Of a DNA stretch of 6,166 bases, positions 1 to 6,164 are shown one piece after another. The notes under the pieces were generated by a model that saw only the letters and a list, made by a program, of their open reading frames with translations, made no database searches and had not been told where the DNA came from. The stretch's first letter is position 1. Every line of letters begins with the position of its first letter. The stretch is taken from contig CAYWGS010000091.1 in NCBI GenBank assembly GCA_964457525.1, positions 1 through 6,166 on the forward strand, written 5' to 3'. Source of the DNA: an uncultured Erysipelotrichaceae bacterium (GTDB lineage Bacteria; Bacillota_I; Bacilli_A; Erysipelotrichales; Erysipelotrichaceae). A program made the position numbers and the translations under genes.

Positions 1-96
1 GAGAACCGTCCTTTCAATGCGTTTCTCCAACACCTTCCTTGAAAAACATTATACCTATCCTTTGTACGAATGAATTCCACATTTGAGTTTGTATCC

Positions 97-124
97 GTAA
101 ATTCCATACGCATACGGAATTTAC
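97..124. repeat. Inverted repeat GTAAATTCC-N10-GGAATTTAC, function unassigned. It could be the terminator hairpin of a + strand gene ending just upstream, or a protein-binding site.
   Basis: Read directly. Arm 97..105 (GTAAATTCC) is the exact reverse complement of 116..124 (GGAATTTAC). Two further pairs are possible inside the 10-nt spacer (T107-A114, A108-T113). On the + strand it is followed by ATTTTCAATT, a weak T-tract. No T-tract follows on the - strand. Confidence 0.45.
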
Positions 125-164
125 ATTTTCAATTCACGTTAGTTAAATAATTTGGCTTAACTAC

Positions 165-193
165 TTTACTTTATGTCGTAAATAGGCTAAAAT
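165..193 (+). promoter_or_regulatory. Putative sigma-A promoter for tRNA-His
   Basis: TTTACT (165..170, 4/6 to TTGACA), a 17-nt spacer, then TAAAAT (188..193, 5/6 to TATAAT). This predicts a start about 8 nt upstream of the tRNA 5' end. It rests on hexamer similarity only, in AT-rich DNA. Confidence 0.35.
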
Positions 194-207
194 AACACTT
201 GCCTTAT

Positions 208-286
208 GGCGGTCGTGGCGAAGTTGGTTAACGCACCGGATTGTGGTTCCGGCATTCCGCGGGTTCGAGCCCCGTCGGCCGCCCCA
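208..286 (+). tRNA. tRNA-His (anticodon GUG), with genomically encoded G-1 and 3' CCA
   Basis: Hand-folded cloverleaf. The acceptor stem GCGGTCG (209..215) pairs with CGGCCGC (276..282), with one G.T pair. An extra G208:C283 pair gives the 8-bp acceptor stem with G-1:C73 that is diagnostic of bacterial tRNA-His. T8 and A14 are present, and GG sits in the D-loop (226..227). The anticodon stem is CCGGA (236..240)/TCCGG (248..252), with loop TTGTGGT and anticodon GTG at 243..245. The T-arm is GCGGG (259..263)/CCCGT (271..275) with loop TTCGAGC. CCA is at 284..286. By my count the variable region is 6 nt (253..258), one more than usual, which should be checked with tRNAscan-SE. Confidence 0.9.
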
Positions 287-297
287 TTAAGTAAATG

Positions 298-326
298 AAA
301 TCTTCTTAGGAAGATTTTTTTATTTT
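298..326 (+). terminator. Rho-independent terminator of the tRNA-His transcription unit
   Basis: The 8-bp stem AAATCTTC (298..305)/GAAGATTT (310..317) has loop TTAG and is followed by a T-rich tail (TTTTATTTT through 326). It lies 12 nt downstream of the tRNA CCA end. It is unidirectional, since there is no T-tract on the - strand. Confidence 0.7.
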
Positions 327-368
327 ATATCGCTATTTTTCTTGATTTAGCGGACTAAATTAATGAAG

Positions 369-389
369 TATATGTAAAATTTACATATA
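369..389. promoter_or_regulatory. Perfect 21-bp palindrome TATATGTAAA-A-TTTACATATA, a candidate transcription-factor operator upstream of the opp promoter
   Basis: Read directly: 10/10 complementary arms (369..378 and 380..389) around the central A379. The centre lies 57 bp upstream of the first base of the -35 hexamer. It is too AT-rich and lacks a T-tract context, so a terminator is unlikely. Confidence 0.5.
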
Positions 390-390
390 G

Positions 391-419
391 TTGAAATAAA
401 ATGTAAGTTAAATGATAAT
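391..419 (+). promoter_or_regulatory. Possible secondary upstream promoter (P2) for the opp operon
   Basis: TTGAAA (391..396, 5/6), a 17-nt spacer, then GATAAT (414..419, 5/6). This is a hexamer match only, and such matches are common in AT-rich DNA. Confidence 0.25.
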
Positions 420-435
420 AAGATGAAAATAATTC

Positions 436-463
436 TTGACACCTTTCATTGTTGCGCTATAAT
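436..463 (+). promoter_or_regulatory. Sigma-A (sigma-70-type) promoter P1 of the opp operon
   Basis: Both hexamers are perfect consensus: TTGACA (436..441), a 16-nt spacer, then TATAAT (458..463). The upstream flank is A/T-rich (420..435, UP-element-like). The predicted TSS near 470 lies just upstream of the SD region 473..484 of the first gene. Confidence 0.75.
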
Positions 464-493
464 TAACGACATAAAGGAAAGGAATTGAAGATT

Positions 494-2134
494 ATGAAGA
501 AATTATTACTTCTTATCTTAGCTTCTTTATTGTTTGTGGGCTGTTCTGCAGAACCTGCGCCTGAAGAGTCTAAGAAAATCCTACGAGTAGCGTTTGGCGG
601 TGACGTATTATCACTTGACTCTAATGTTGCGACGGACGGAGTATCATTTGAAGTTCTAACAGCTTTTACTGAAGGCTTAGTAGAGTATGATGCAAATGAT
701 GCGACCCTACCAGGTTCTGGTGCAGCTGAAAGTTGGACTGTATCAGAGGATGGTTTAGAATATGTATTTAATCTTAAAAAAGATGCTGTATGGTCTAATG
801 GAGATCCAGTTACAGCACATGACTTCGTATTTGCATGGCGCCGTTTAGTTGATCCTGTATTAGCGAATGAATATTCCCTAATGGCTCAAAATGCTAAATT
901 AGTGAATGCGGATGCAGTTATTGCTGGGGATTTACCAGTTGAAGAATTAGGCGTAGAAGCAGTGGATGATTTTACATTGAAAGTAAGTCTAGAAACACCT
1001 GTTCCTTGGTTTATTCCATTGATGACATTCCCATCTTTCTTCCCAATGAATGAAAAATTTGTAACCGAAGCTGGTGCAAACTATGCGACTGGTCCTGATT
1101 ACTTATTATCCAACAGTGCGTTTGTACTTACAGATTGGGTACAAGGTTCTCAAATTGTATTAGCGAAGAATGACAAATATTATGATGCAGATAAAGTTGC
1201 GATTGATGGAATTGAAATCAGTATTATCGCTGATCCTCAAACCGTTAAATTACAATACGATCAAGGTAACTTAGATGTTGCGGCAATGTCTGGTGACTTA
1301 GTAACTGGATATGTTGGAACAGATGATTTCGTACCTATTCGTAAAGGTTATACATGGTTCATGCCATTTAACCAAAAATCCGAAAACCCAGCAGTTAAAA
1401 ACGAAAATTTCCGTTTAGCAATCGCTTGGGCATTCGATCGTAACTTCATCGTAGATGAAAAATTAAATGATGGTTCACTTGTTGCGGATGGATTCGTACC
1501 ACGTGGTTTAGCTTCTTCCGTAGATGGTGTTGATTTCCGTGATTCTGCTCCAAAATACTTTGGATATGATGCGGCAAAAGCACTTGAATACTGGGAAGCT
1601 GCTAAAGCAGATCTTGGTGTTGATTCCGTTACAATTGAATTATTGGTTGGTACACCTGGGGATGACTCTGGCTTAGCAGCTGGTGCTCCAGAATACATCA
1701 AGGCTGAAGTTGAAAAGAACTTACCTGGTGTAACAGTTGAAATCAAGACAGTCTTAAAGAAGGAACGTCTAGAATTAATGAATCCAAGCAGAGCTGAGTA
1801 CGATGTTGCTCTAACACGTTGGGGTCCTGACTACGCCGATCCTCTAACTTACTTACAAGACCTATTAGTGACTGGTTCTAACTACAACTATAACAACTGG
1901 TCAGATGCGACATATGATGCGATGGTTGCGGAAGTTGCGCCGGGGGGTGCTCTATCTTCTGATCCAGTAGCTCGTTGGGCTAAGTTAGTTGAGATTGAAG
2001 GTTATGCATTAGATACTGCGATTGTTGTACCTCTATGGCAGACAGGGTCTGCTATGGTAATCAAACCAAATGTAAAAGGAATTGAATACCACGTATTGGG
2101 TATGACCAACTACAAACGCGCTACGATTGATTAG
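494..2134 (+). CDS. oppA: Extracellular peptide-binding lipoprotein of an ABC transporter (solute-binding protein family 5, OppA/DppA/AppA type)
   Basis: Long ORF 485..2134, stop TAG 2132..2134. The N-terminus (MKI)MKKLLLLILASLLFVGC|SAEP is a signal peptide ending in a lipobox (FVGC; Cys codon TGT 542..544). The size (about 546-549 aa) and segments such as WSNGDPVTAHDFVFAWRR and WGPDYADPLTYL are typical of family-5 peptide SBPs. The gene is first in an operon with OppBCDF-type partners. The start is ambiguous: ATG 494 (SD AAAGGAA 478..484) or TTG 485 (SD AAAGGA 473..478). Substrate (oligo- vs dipeptide vs other) cannot be read from the sequence. Confidence 0.92.
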   Translation: MKKLLLLILASLLFVGCSAEPAPEESKKILRVAFGGDVLSLDSNVATDGVSFEVLTAFTEGLVEYDANDATLPGSGAAESWTVSEDGLEYVFNLKKDAVWSNGDPVTAHDFVFAWRRLVDPVLANEYSLMAQNAKLVNADAVIAGDLPVEELGVEAVDDFTLKVSLETPVPWFIPLMTFPSFFPMNEKFVTEAGANYATGPDYLLSNSAFVLTDWVQGSQIVLAKNDKYYDADKVAIDGIEISIIADPQTVKLQYDQGNLDVAAMSGDLVTGYVGTDDFVPIRKGYTWFMPFNQKSENPAVKNENFRLAIAWAFDRNFIVDEKLNDGSLVADGFVPRGLASSVDGVDFRDSAPKYFGYDAAKALEYWEAAKADLGVDSVTIELLVGTPGDDSGLAAGAPEYIKAEVEKNLPGVTVEIKTVLKKERLELMNPSRAEYDVALTRWGPDYADPLTYLQDLLVTGSNYNYNNWSDATYDAMVAEVAPGGALSSDPVARWAKLVEIEGYALDTAIVVPLWQTGSAMVIKPNVKGIEYHVLGMTNYKRATID

Positions 2135-2141
2135 TGAATAA

Positions 2142-2175
2142 GTGGGAACCTTTTGCGAGGTTCCCATTTTCTATT
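2142..2175 (+). terminator. Intercistronic stem-loop after oppA, either a partial (leaky) rho-independent terminator or an mRNA-stabilising hairpin
   Basis: The GC-rich stem TGGGAACC (2143..2150)/GGTTCCCA (2159..2166) gains a possible G2142.T2167 pair. The loop is TTTTGCGA, followed by TTTTCTATT. It starts 8 nt after the oppA stop and ends before the oppB SD (AGGAGG 2183..2188). Confidence 0.55.
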
Positions 2176-2193
2176 AAGGATAGGAGGCCAAAT

Positions 2194-3129
2194 ATGTTTA
2201 AATATATTACTCGGCGAATGTTTTGGTCCATTGTGACTTTATTCACCATACTAATCTTATTATTCTTACTATTACAGTTTCTTCCAGGAACGCCCTTTAA
2301 TGATGAAAAATTGAGTGAAACAAGTAGAGCATTGTTAAATGCTAAATATGGTTTGGATCAACCATTTTTCTCACGATTTGGCATTTACATGAAAAATATA
2401 CTTACCGAGTTTGACTTTGGAATCTCACTATCCATTCAACGAAATTGGATGGTCAAAAATATCGTGCTTCCAAGATTAGGAATCTCAGTCAGAATTGGTC
2501 TACAAGCCCTAGCTTTAGGAACATTTATGGGGATTGTATTAGGTGTACTTTCCGCATCAAAAAAGAATACTTGGGTTGATACACTCGCCACGCTCATAGC
2601 GATTGTGGGGGTCAGTATTCCTTCCTATGTATTTGCATTGTTATTGAGTTATATATTTGGGTTTAAAATTCCTATCTTTAGTATAATTTTTAACTTTAAC
2701 GATCCAATAAAATCCTCGATATTACCAACGATCGCATTATCCATGTTTGTAATGGCACAAGTGACACGTTTCTTAAGAACAGAACTGATTGAAGTATTGG
2801 GCTCTGACTATATTCGTTTAGTCGAGGCGAAAGGTGTAACAAAATTTAAAGTAATTTATAAACACGGTTTACGAAATGCGTTAATCTCGGTAGTAACGAT
2901 TTTAGGACCATTAACGGTTACCTTATTAACCGGTTCATTGGTTGTGGAAAAGGTGTATGCAGTTCCAGGTATTGGTAGTTTACTCGTCAATGGAATTCTA
3001 ACGAATGATTACAATGTTATCGTTATGATTGCGTTCGTCTATAGTGCTTTATACATTACCATGAACTTATTTGTTGATATCTTATATGGCATTATTGACC
3101 CACGTATTCGTGTTGCGAAAGGAGCTTAA
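2194..3129 (+). CDS. oppB: ABC transporter permease, OppB/DppB type (binding-protein-dependent transport inner-membrane component)
   Basis: ATG 2194 follows AGGAGG (2183..2188) after a 5-nt spacer. The N-terminus MFKYITRRMFWSIVTLF... matches the usual OppB/DppB start (M-x-K-Y-I-x-R-R). The protein has multiple hydrophobic spans, an EAA-type loop (VEAKGVTKFKVIYKHGLRNAL) and the C-terminal signature YGIIDPRIR. Stop TAA is at 3127..3129. The ORF-track start GTG 2134 is rejected (see findings). Confidence 0.93.
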   Translation: MFKYITRRMFWSIVTLFTILILLFLLLQFLPGTPFNDEKLSETSRALLNAKYGLDQPFFSRFGIYMKNILTEFDFGISLSIQRNWMVKNIVLPRLGISVRIGLQALALGTFMGIVLGVLSASKKNTWVDTLATLIAIVGVSIPSYVFALLLSYIFGFKIPIFSIIFNFNDPIKSSILPTIALSMFVMAQVTRFLRTELIEVLGSDYIRLVEAKGVTKFKVIYKHGLRNALISVVTILGPLTVTLLTGSLVVEKVYAVPGIGSLLVNGILTNDYNVIVMIAFVYSALYITMNLFVDILYGIIDPRIRVAKGA

Positions 3130-3130
3130 C

Positions 3131-4135
3131 ATGAGTGAACTTCGTAAAGAACAATTTAGGCGATTAGAACATAAGGAATATGTTGCTCAAGAACTGATTT
3201 CGAGTGAAGATCCAAAATTTTTCCGAGATGCATTTCGTCGCTTTAAAAAGAATAAAGGGGCGCATGTTGCTTTATACATGATTATTGCGATTTTACTCTT
3301 AGCAGCCTTTGGTCCTTATTTTGGTGGACATGTATACAATGAGGTTATTACGCAACATATTAATCTTCCTCCACGTGTCCCATTTATTGAAAATCTTGGG
3401 ATTCTAAATGGGGTTAGAGATAATGTAAATGTTTATCTACAAAAAGGTTTTGATGATGTTTATTACTGGTTTGGTGCAGATGGACTTGGACGTGACTTAT
3501 GGGTTCGCGTTTGGATGGGAACACGTATCTCATTCTTAGTCGCATTTGTCGCAGTATTAATCGATGTGATAATTGGTATTACTTATGGTCTTATCTCGGG
3601 TTATTTTGGAGGTAAGGTTGATATGGTTATGCAACGATTTATTGAAATTATCAGTGGTATTCCTAACTTAGTCGTTGTTATCTTACTTGTACTCGTATTA
3701 AAACCTGGATTACAGTCGATTATATTTGCTTTAATGATTACAGGTTGGATATCTATGAGCCGTGTTGTACGTTCTCAAGTACTTAAATTAAAAGAACTCG
3801 AGTTTGTTTTAGCAGCTAAAACACTTGGTGCTTCATCCTTTGTTATTATTCTCAAGGAAATATTACCGAATATTATTGGACAAATCATTGTTATGACGAT
3901 GTTCTCAATACCGAATGCTATTTTCTACGAATCATTCTTAGCGTTTGTAGGCTTAGGTTTACAACCTCCACTTGCATCTTTAGGTGTTTTAATTTCCACA
4001 GGTTATCAATCATTATTGATTTATCCACATATGGTTATTTTCCCAGTGGTTGTCTTATCGTTCTTGATGTTAAGTTTTAACTTAGTTGCTGATGGATTAA
4101 GAGATGCATTTGATCCAAAAATGAAAGGATTCTAG
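3131..4135 (+). CDS. oppC: ABC transporter permease, OppC/DppC type
   Basis: ATG 3131 follows AAAGGAG (3118..3124) and lies 1 nt after the oppB stop. OppC features are the N-terminal cytoplasmic segment with FRRFKKNKGA, then TM1, an extracellular loop ending in WFGADGLGRDLW (the GTDxLGRD-like motif), an EAA-type loop (LAAKTLGASSFVIILKEILPN) and the C-terminal ADGLRDAFDPK. Stop TAG is at 4133..4135. The ORF-track start 3071 would overlap oppB by 59 nt and has no SD. Confidence 0.93.
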   Translation: MSELRKEQFRRLEHKEYVAQELISSEDPKFFRDAFRRFKKNKGAHVALYMIIAILLLAAFGPYFGGHVYNEVITQHINLPPRVPFIENLGILNGVRDNVNVYLQKGFDDVYYWFGADGLGRDLWVRVWMGTRISFLVAFVAVLIDVIIGITYGLISGYFGGKVDMVMQRFIEIISGIPNLVVVILLVLVLKPGLQSIIFALMITGWISMSRVVRSQVLKLKELEFVLAAKTLGASSFVIILKEILPNIIGQIIVMTMFSIPNAIFYESFLAFVGLGLQPPLASLGVLISTGYQSLLIYPHMVIFPVVVLSFLMLSFNLVADGLRDAFDPKMKGF

Positions 4136-5218
4136 GTGAAAAGTATGGAAGAAAACAGAATACTTGAAGTTAAAAACCTACAACTCTCTTTTCAATTGGA
4201 TGTAGGAACAAACCATGTTATTCGTGATATTAGTTTTCATCTCAATAAAGGTGAAACACTTGCTATTGTAGGGGAGTCTGGTTCTGGTAAGTCGGTCACA
4301 ACCAAAGCGATTTTAGGTTTAATCGATGATAATGGAGCAGTTGAAGAGGGATCGATTTTATTTAAACTAAAGAAGAATGGTAAAGAAGAAATTGTAGATC
4401 TATTGCATAGTACAAAAGCATACATGCAAAAGAATATACGTGGAAGTAAGATTGCGATTATATTCCAAGATCCAATGACATCTTTAGATCCAACCATGAC
4501 GATTGGTAAACAAATCATGGAAAGTATGTTGGAACATAAACTCGTGAAGTCGAAAAAAGAAGCGATTGACCGAACACGTAATCTACTTGAGCTGGTTGGG
4601 ATTGATCATCCTGATAAACGCATGAAACAATATCCACACCAATTATCTGGTGGAATGAGACAAAGAGTTGTTATTGCGATAGCATTAGCGTGTGAACCAG
4701 ATCTACTGATTGCGGATGAACCAACGACAGCGCTCGATGTAACCATCCAATCTCAAATTCTTGAGTTGATTAAAGATATCCAAAAGAAAACAGGGGTTGC
4801 GATTATCTTCATTACCCATGATTTAGGGGTAGTTGCGAATGTTGCAGACCGTGTTGCGGTAATGTATGCAGGGAAAATTGTAGAAGAAGGATTAGCTTCT
4901 GAGGTTTACTATGATCCTAGACATCCATATACTTGGGGCTTATTGTCGAGTATTCCATCACTTGATGGAAAGGAAGAAGAAATATTATCGATTCCTGGGA
5001 GTCCTCCTAACTTGATCCATCCTCCAAAAGGCGATGCTTTTGCTTATCGTAGTTCTTATGCACTCGCAATTGATTTTGAAGAAATACCACCATTTTTTAA
5101 GGTGAGTGATACACATTTTGTCGCAAGTTGGTTATTGCATCCAGATGCTCCTAAGGTTGAAATGCCTGAAGTACTTAAGAAACGATTAAAACAATACGCA
5201 CGAAATAAGGAGGTTTAA
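4136..5218 (+). CDS. oppD: Oligopeptide/dipeptide ABC transporter ATP-binding protein, OppD/DppD (AmiE-like) type
   Basis: Walker A is GESGSGKS (4271..4294), with Q-loop FQDPMTSL. The ABC signature is LSGGMRQR (4643..4666), Walker B is [12 protein letters not shown] (4703..4738) and the H-loop is ITHDL. The C-terminal oligopeptide-transporter domain carries [16 protein letters not shown]. The start is ambiguous: GTG 4136 directly abuts the oppC stop (SD AAAGGA 4124..4129), while ATG 4145 has SD AGGTGA (4134..4139). Stop TAA is at 5216..5218. Confidence 0.94.
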   Translation: MKSMEENRILEVKNLQLSFQLDVGTNHVIRDISFHLNKGETLAIVGESGSGKSVTTKAILGLIDDNGAVEEGSILFKLKKNGKEEIVDLLHSTKAYMQKNIRGSKIAIIFQDPMTSLDPTMTIGKQIMESMLEHKLVKSKKEAIDRTRNLLELVGIDHPDKRMKQYPHQLSGGMRQRVVIAIALACEPDLLIADEPTTALDVTIQSQILELIKDIQKKTGVAIIFITHDLGVVANVADRVAVMYAGKIVEEGLASEVYYDPRHPYTWGLLSSIPSLDGKEEEILSIPGSPPNLIHPPKGDAFAYRSSYALAIDFEEIPPFFKVSDTHFVASWLLHPDAPKVEMPEVLKKRLKQYARNKEV

Positions 5219-5219
5219 T

Positions 5220-6164
5220 ATGAGTACAAATAATGTCATTTTAGAAGTTAAAAATCTAAAACAGTACTTTAAAGTTGATCGTAAAACAACCACTCGTGCG
5301 GTTGATGATGTTAGCTTTAAAATATATGAAGGTGAAACCTTTAGTGTCGTAGGTGAATCGGGAAGTGGTAAATCTACACTTGGACGTACACTTATTCGAA
5401 TTTATGATGGTGTTGCAGGCGATGTAACATTCATGGGTAAAAAGATTTCAGGTAAGATTGATAAAGAAACAAAACACTTTATCACAACCAACATGCAAAT
5501 GATTTTCCAAGATCCAATGGCATCACTCAATCCACGCAAGAAAGTACTAGACACTGTTGCGTTTGGGCTCGATGTCAACAAATTAGTAACTGATCCAGTT
5601 GAACGCAAGAATAAAGTTATCGATGTACTTAAGAGTGTTGGTTTAAGTGAAGATCATATGAATCGTTTCCCTCACCAATTCTCAGGTGGACAACGACAAC
5701 GTATTGGAGTTGCGCGTGCATTGATTCTGAAACCAAAGTTTATCATTGCGGATGAAATTATCTCTGCACTTGATGTATCGATTCAAGCTCAGGTTATCAA
5801 TCTAATGAAAAAACTCCAAAGGGAGCTTAACTTAACCTATTTATTTATTGCGCACGATTTATCGATGGTTCGCTATATCTCAGATCGAGTTGCGGTTATG
5901 CATTTAGGTCATATTGTAGAAATGGGTACAGTAGATGATGTTTATAATCATCCAATGCATCCCTATACAAGATCACTCTTATCTGCTATTCCTCATCCAG
6001 ATCCTGATAGTGAGAAAACACGTAAACGCTTTGTATATGATATGAGTACGATTGAATATAATGATAGCCATATTGTTCAATTAAGTGAAACCCATTCAAT
6101 TCTAACGACTGATAAAGATTTCGAAATGTGGAGTAAAGGTGATTACTCATTAAGTCTAAAGTAA
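5220..6164 (+). CDS. oppF: Oligopeptide/dipeptide ABC transporter ATP-binding protein, OppF/DppF (AmiF-like) type
   Basis: ATG 5220 follows AAGGAGG (5207..5213) after a 6-nt spacer and lies 1 nt after the oppD stop. Walker A is GESGSGKS (5352..5375), with Q-loop FQDPMASLNP. The signature is FSGGQRQR, Walker B/D-loop is FIIADEIISALD (5742..5774) and the H-loop is IAHDL. The C-terminal motif is HPMHPYTRSLLSAIP. Stop TAA is at 6162..6164, 2 nt before the window ends, so no operon terminator is visible. Confidence 0.94.
   Translation: MSTNNVILEVKNLKQYFKVDRKTTTRAVDDVSFKIYEGETFSVVGESGSGKSTLGRTLIRIYDGVAGDVTFMGKKISGKIDKETKHFITTNMQMIFQDPMASLNPRKKVLDTVAFGLDVNKLVTDPVERKNKVIDVLKSVGLSEDHMNRFPHQFSGGQRQRIGVARALILKPKFIIADEIISALDVSIQAQVINLMKKLQRELNLTYLFIAHDLSMVRYISDRVAVMHLGHIVEMGTVDDVYNHPMHPYTRSLLSAIPHPDPDSEKTRKRFVYDMSTIEYNDSHIVQLSETHSILTTDKDFEMWSKGDYSLSLK

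Noticed and set aside
208-326. tRNA-His as an integration site for a genomic island
   Set aside because: No second copy of the GC-rich tRNA 3' end occurs anywhere in the window, and no integrase is present. The downstream genes are a housekeeping opp operon with its own promoter.
345-360. Small hairpin ATTTAG-CGGA-CTAAAT
   Set aside because: It has only 6 AT-rich base pairs and no T-tract. This is expected by chance in AT-rich intergenic DNA.
363-377. Mini-ORFs in the intergenic region (for example ATG AAG TAT ATG TAA) as leader peptides
   Set aside because: They are 3-4 codons long with no SD, and they lie upstream of the predicted promoter, so they are probably not on the opp mRNA.
118-386. 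Shared 9-mer AATTTACAT at 118..126 and 378..386, flanking the tRNA-His gene at near-equal distances (83 and 82 nt), read as direct repeats or att-like sites of an inserted cassette
   Set aside because: At this A+T content I estimate about 1-2 chance 9-mer matches among all position pairs in the 480-bp non-coding region. The identity does not extend beyond 9 nt on either side. The symmetry is most likely coincidental.
369-389. Assigning the palindrome to CcpA (cre), CodY or a Fur-family 7-1-7 box
   Set aside because: The cre consensus is a 14-nt element with a central CG, whereas this core is 13 nt with central AAT. The CodY half-site AATTTTC does not match ATGTAAA. Against a Fur/PerR/Zur-type 7-1-7 box (for example TCGTAAT-N-ATTACGA) only about 4 of 7 positions per half-site match. 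No assignment is justified.
464-493. Riboswitch, T-box or attenuator leader for the opp operon
   Set aside because: The predicted leader is only about 15-25 nt, too short for any structured cis-regulatory RNA.
1348-1746. 132-aa ORF on the - strand
   Set aside because: It lies entirely antisense within oppA. It has no SD or promoter and a low-complexity Ser/Ala/Pro-rich translation typical of the shadow frame of a real gene.
1942-1947. G6 homopolymer inside oppA as a possible phase-variation tract
   Set aside because: Six bases is short of the tracts (usually 8 or more) associated with slipped-strand switching. It simply encodes Pro-Gly-Gly in frame, and nothing else suggests contingency behaviour.
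2134-2193. GTG 2134 as the oppB start (ORF-track coordinates)
   Set aside because: It has no SD and would translate through the intercistronic hairpin. ATG 2194 has AGGAGG at ideal spacing and gives the canonical OppB N-terminus.
3071-3130. ATG 3071 as the oppC start (ORF-track coordinates)
   Set aside because: It would overlap the 3' end of oppB by 59 nt and has no SD. ATG 3131 follows AAAGGAG and sits 1 nt after the oppB stop.
4237-4518. 93-aa ORF on the - strand
   Set aside because: It lies antisense inside the Walker-A to Q-loop region of oppD and has no start signals. It is a shadow ORF.
5402-5608. 68-aa ORF on the - strand
   Set aside because: It lies antisense inside oppF and has no start signals. 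It is a shadow ORF.
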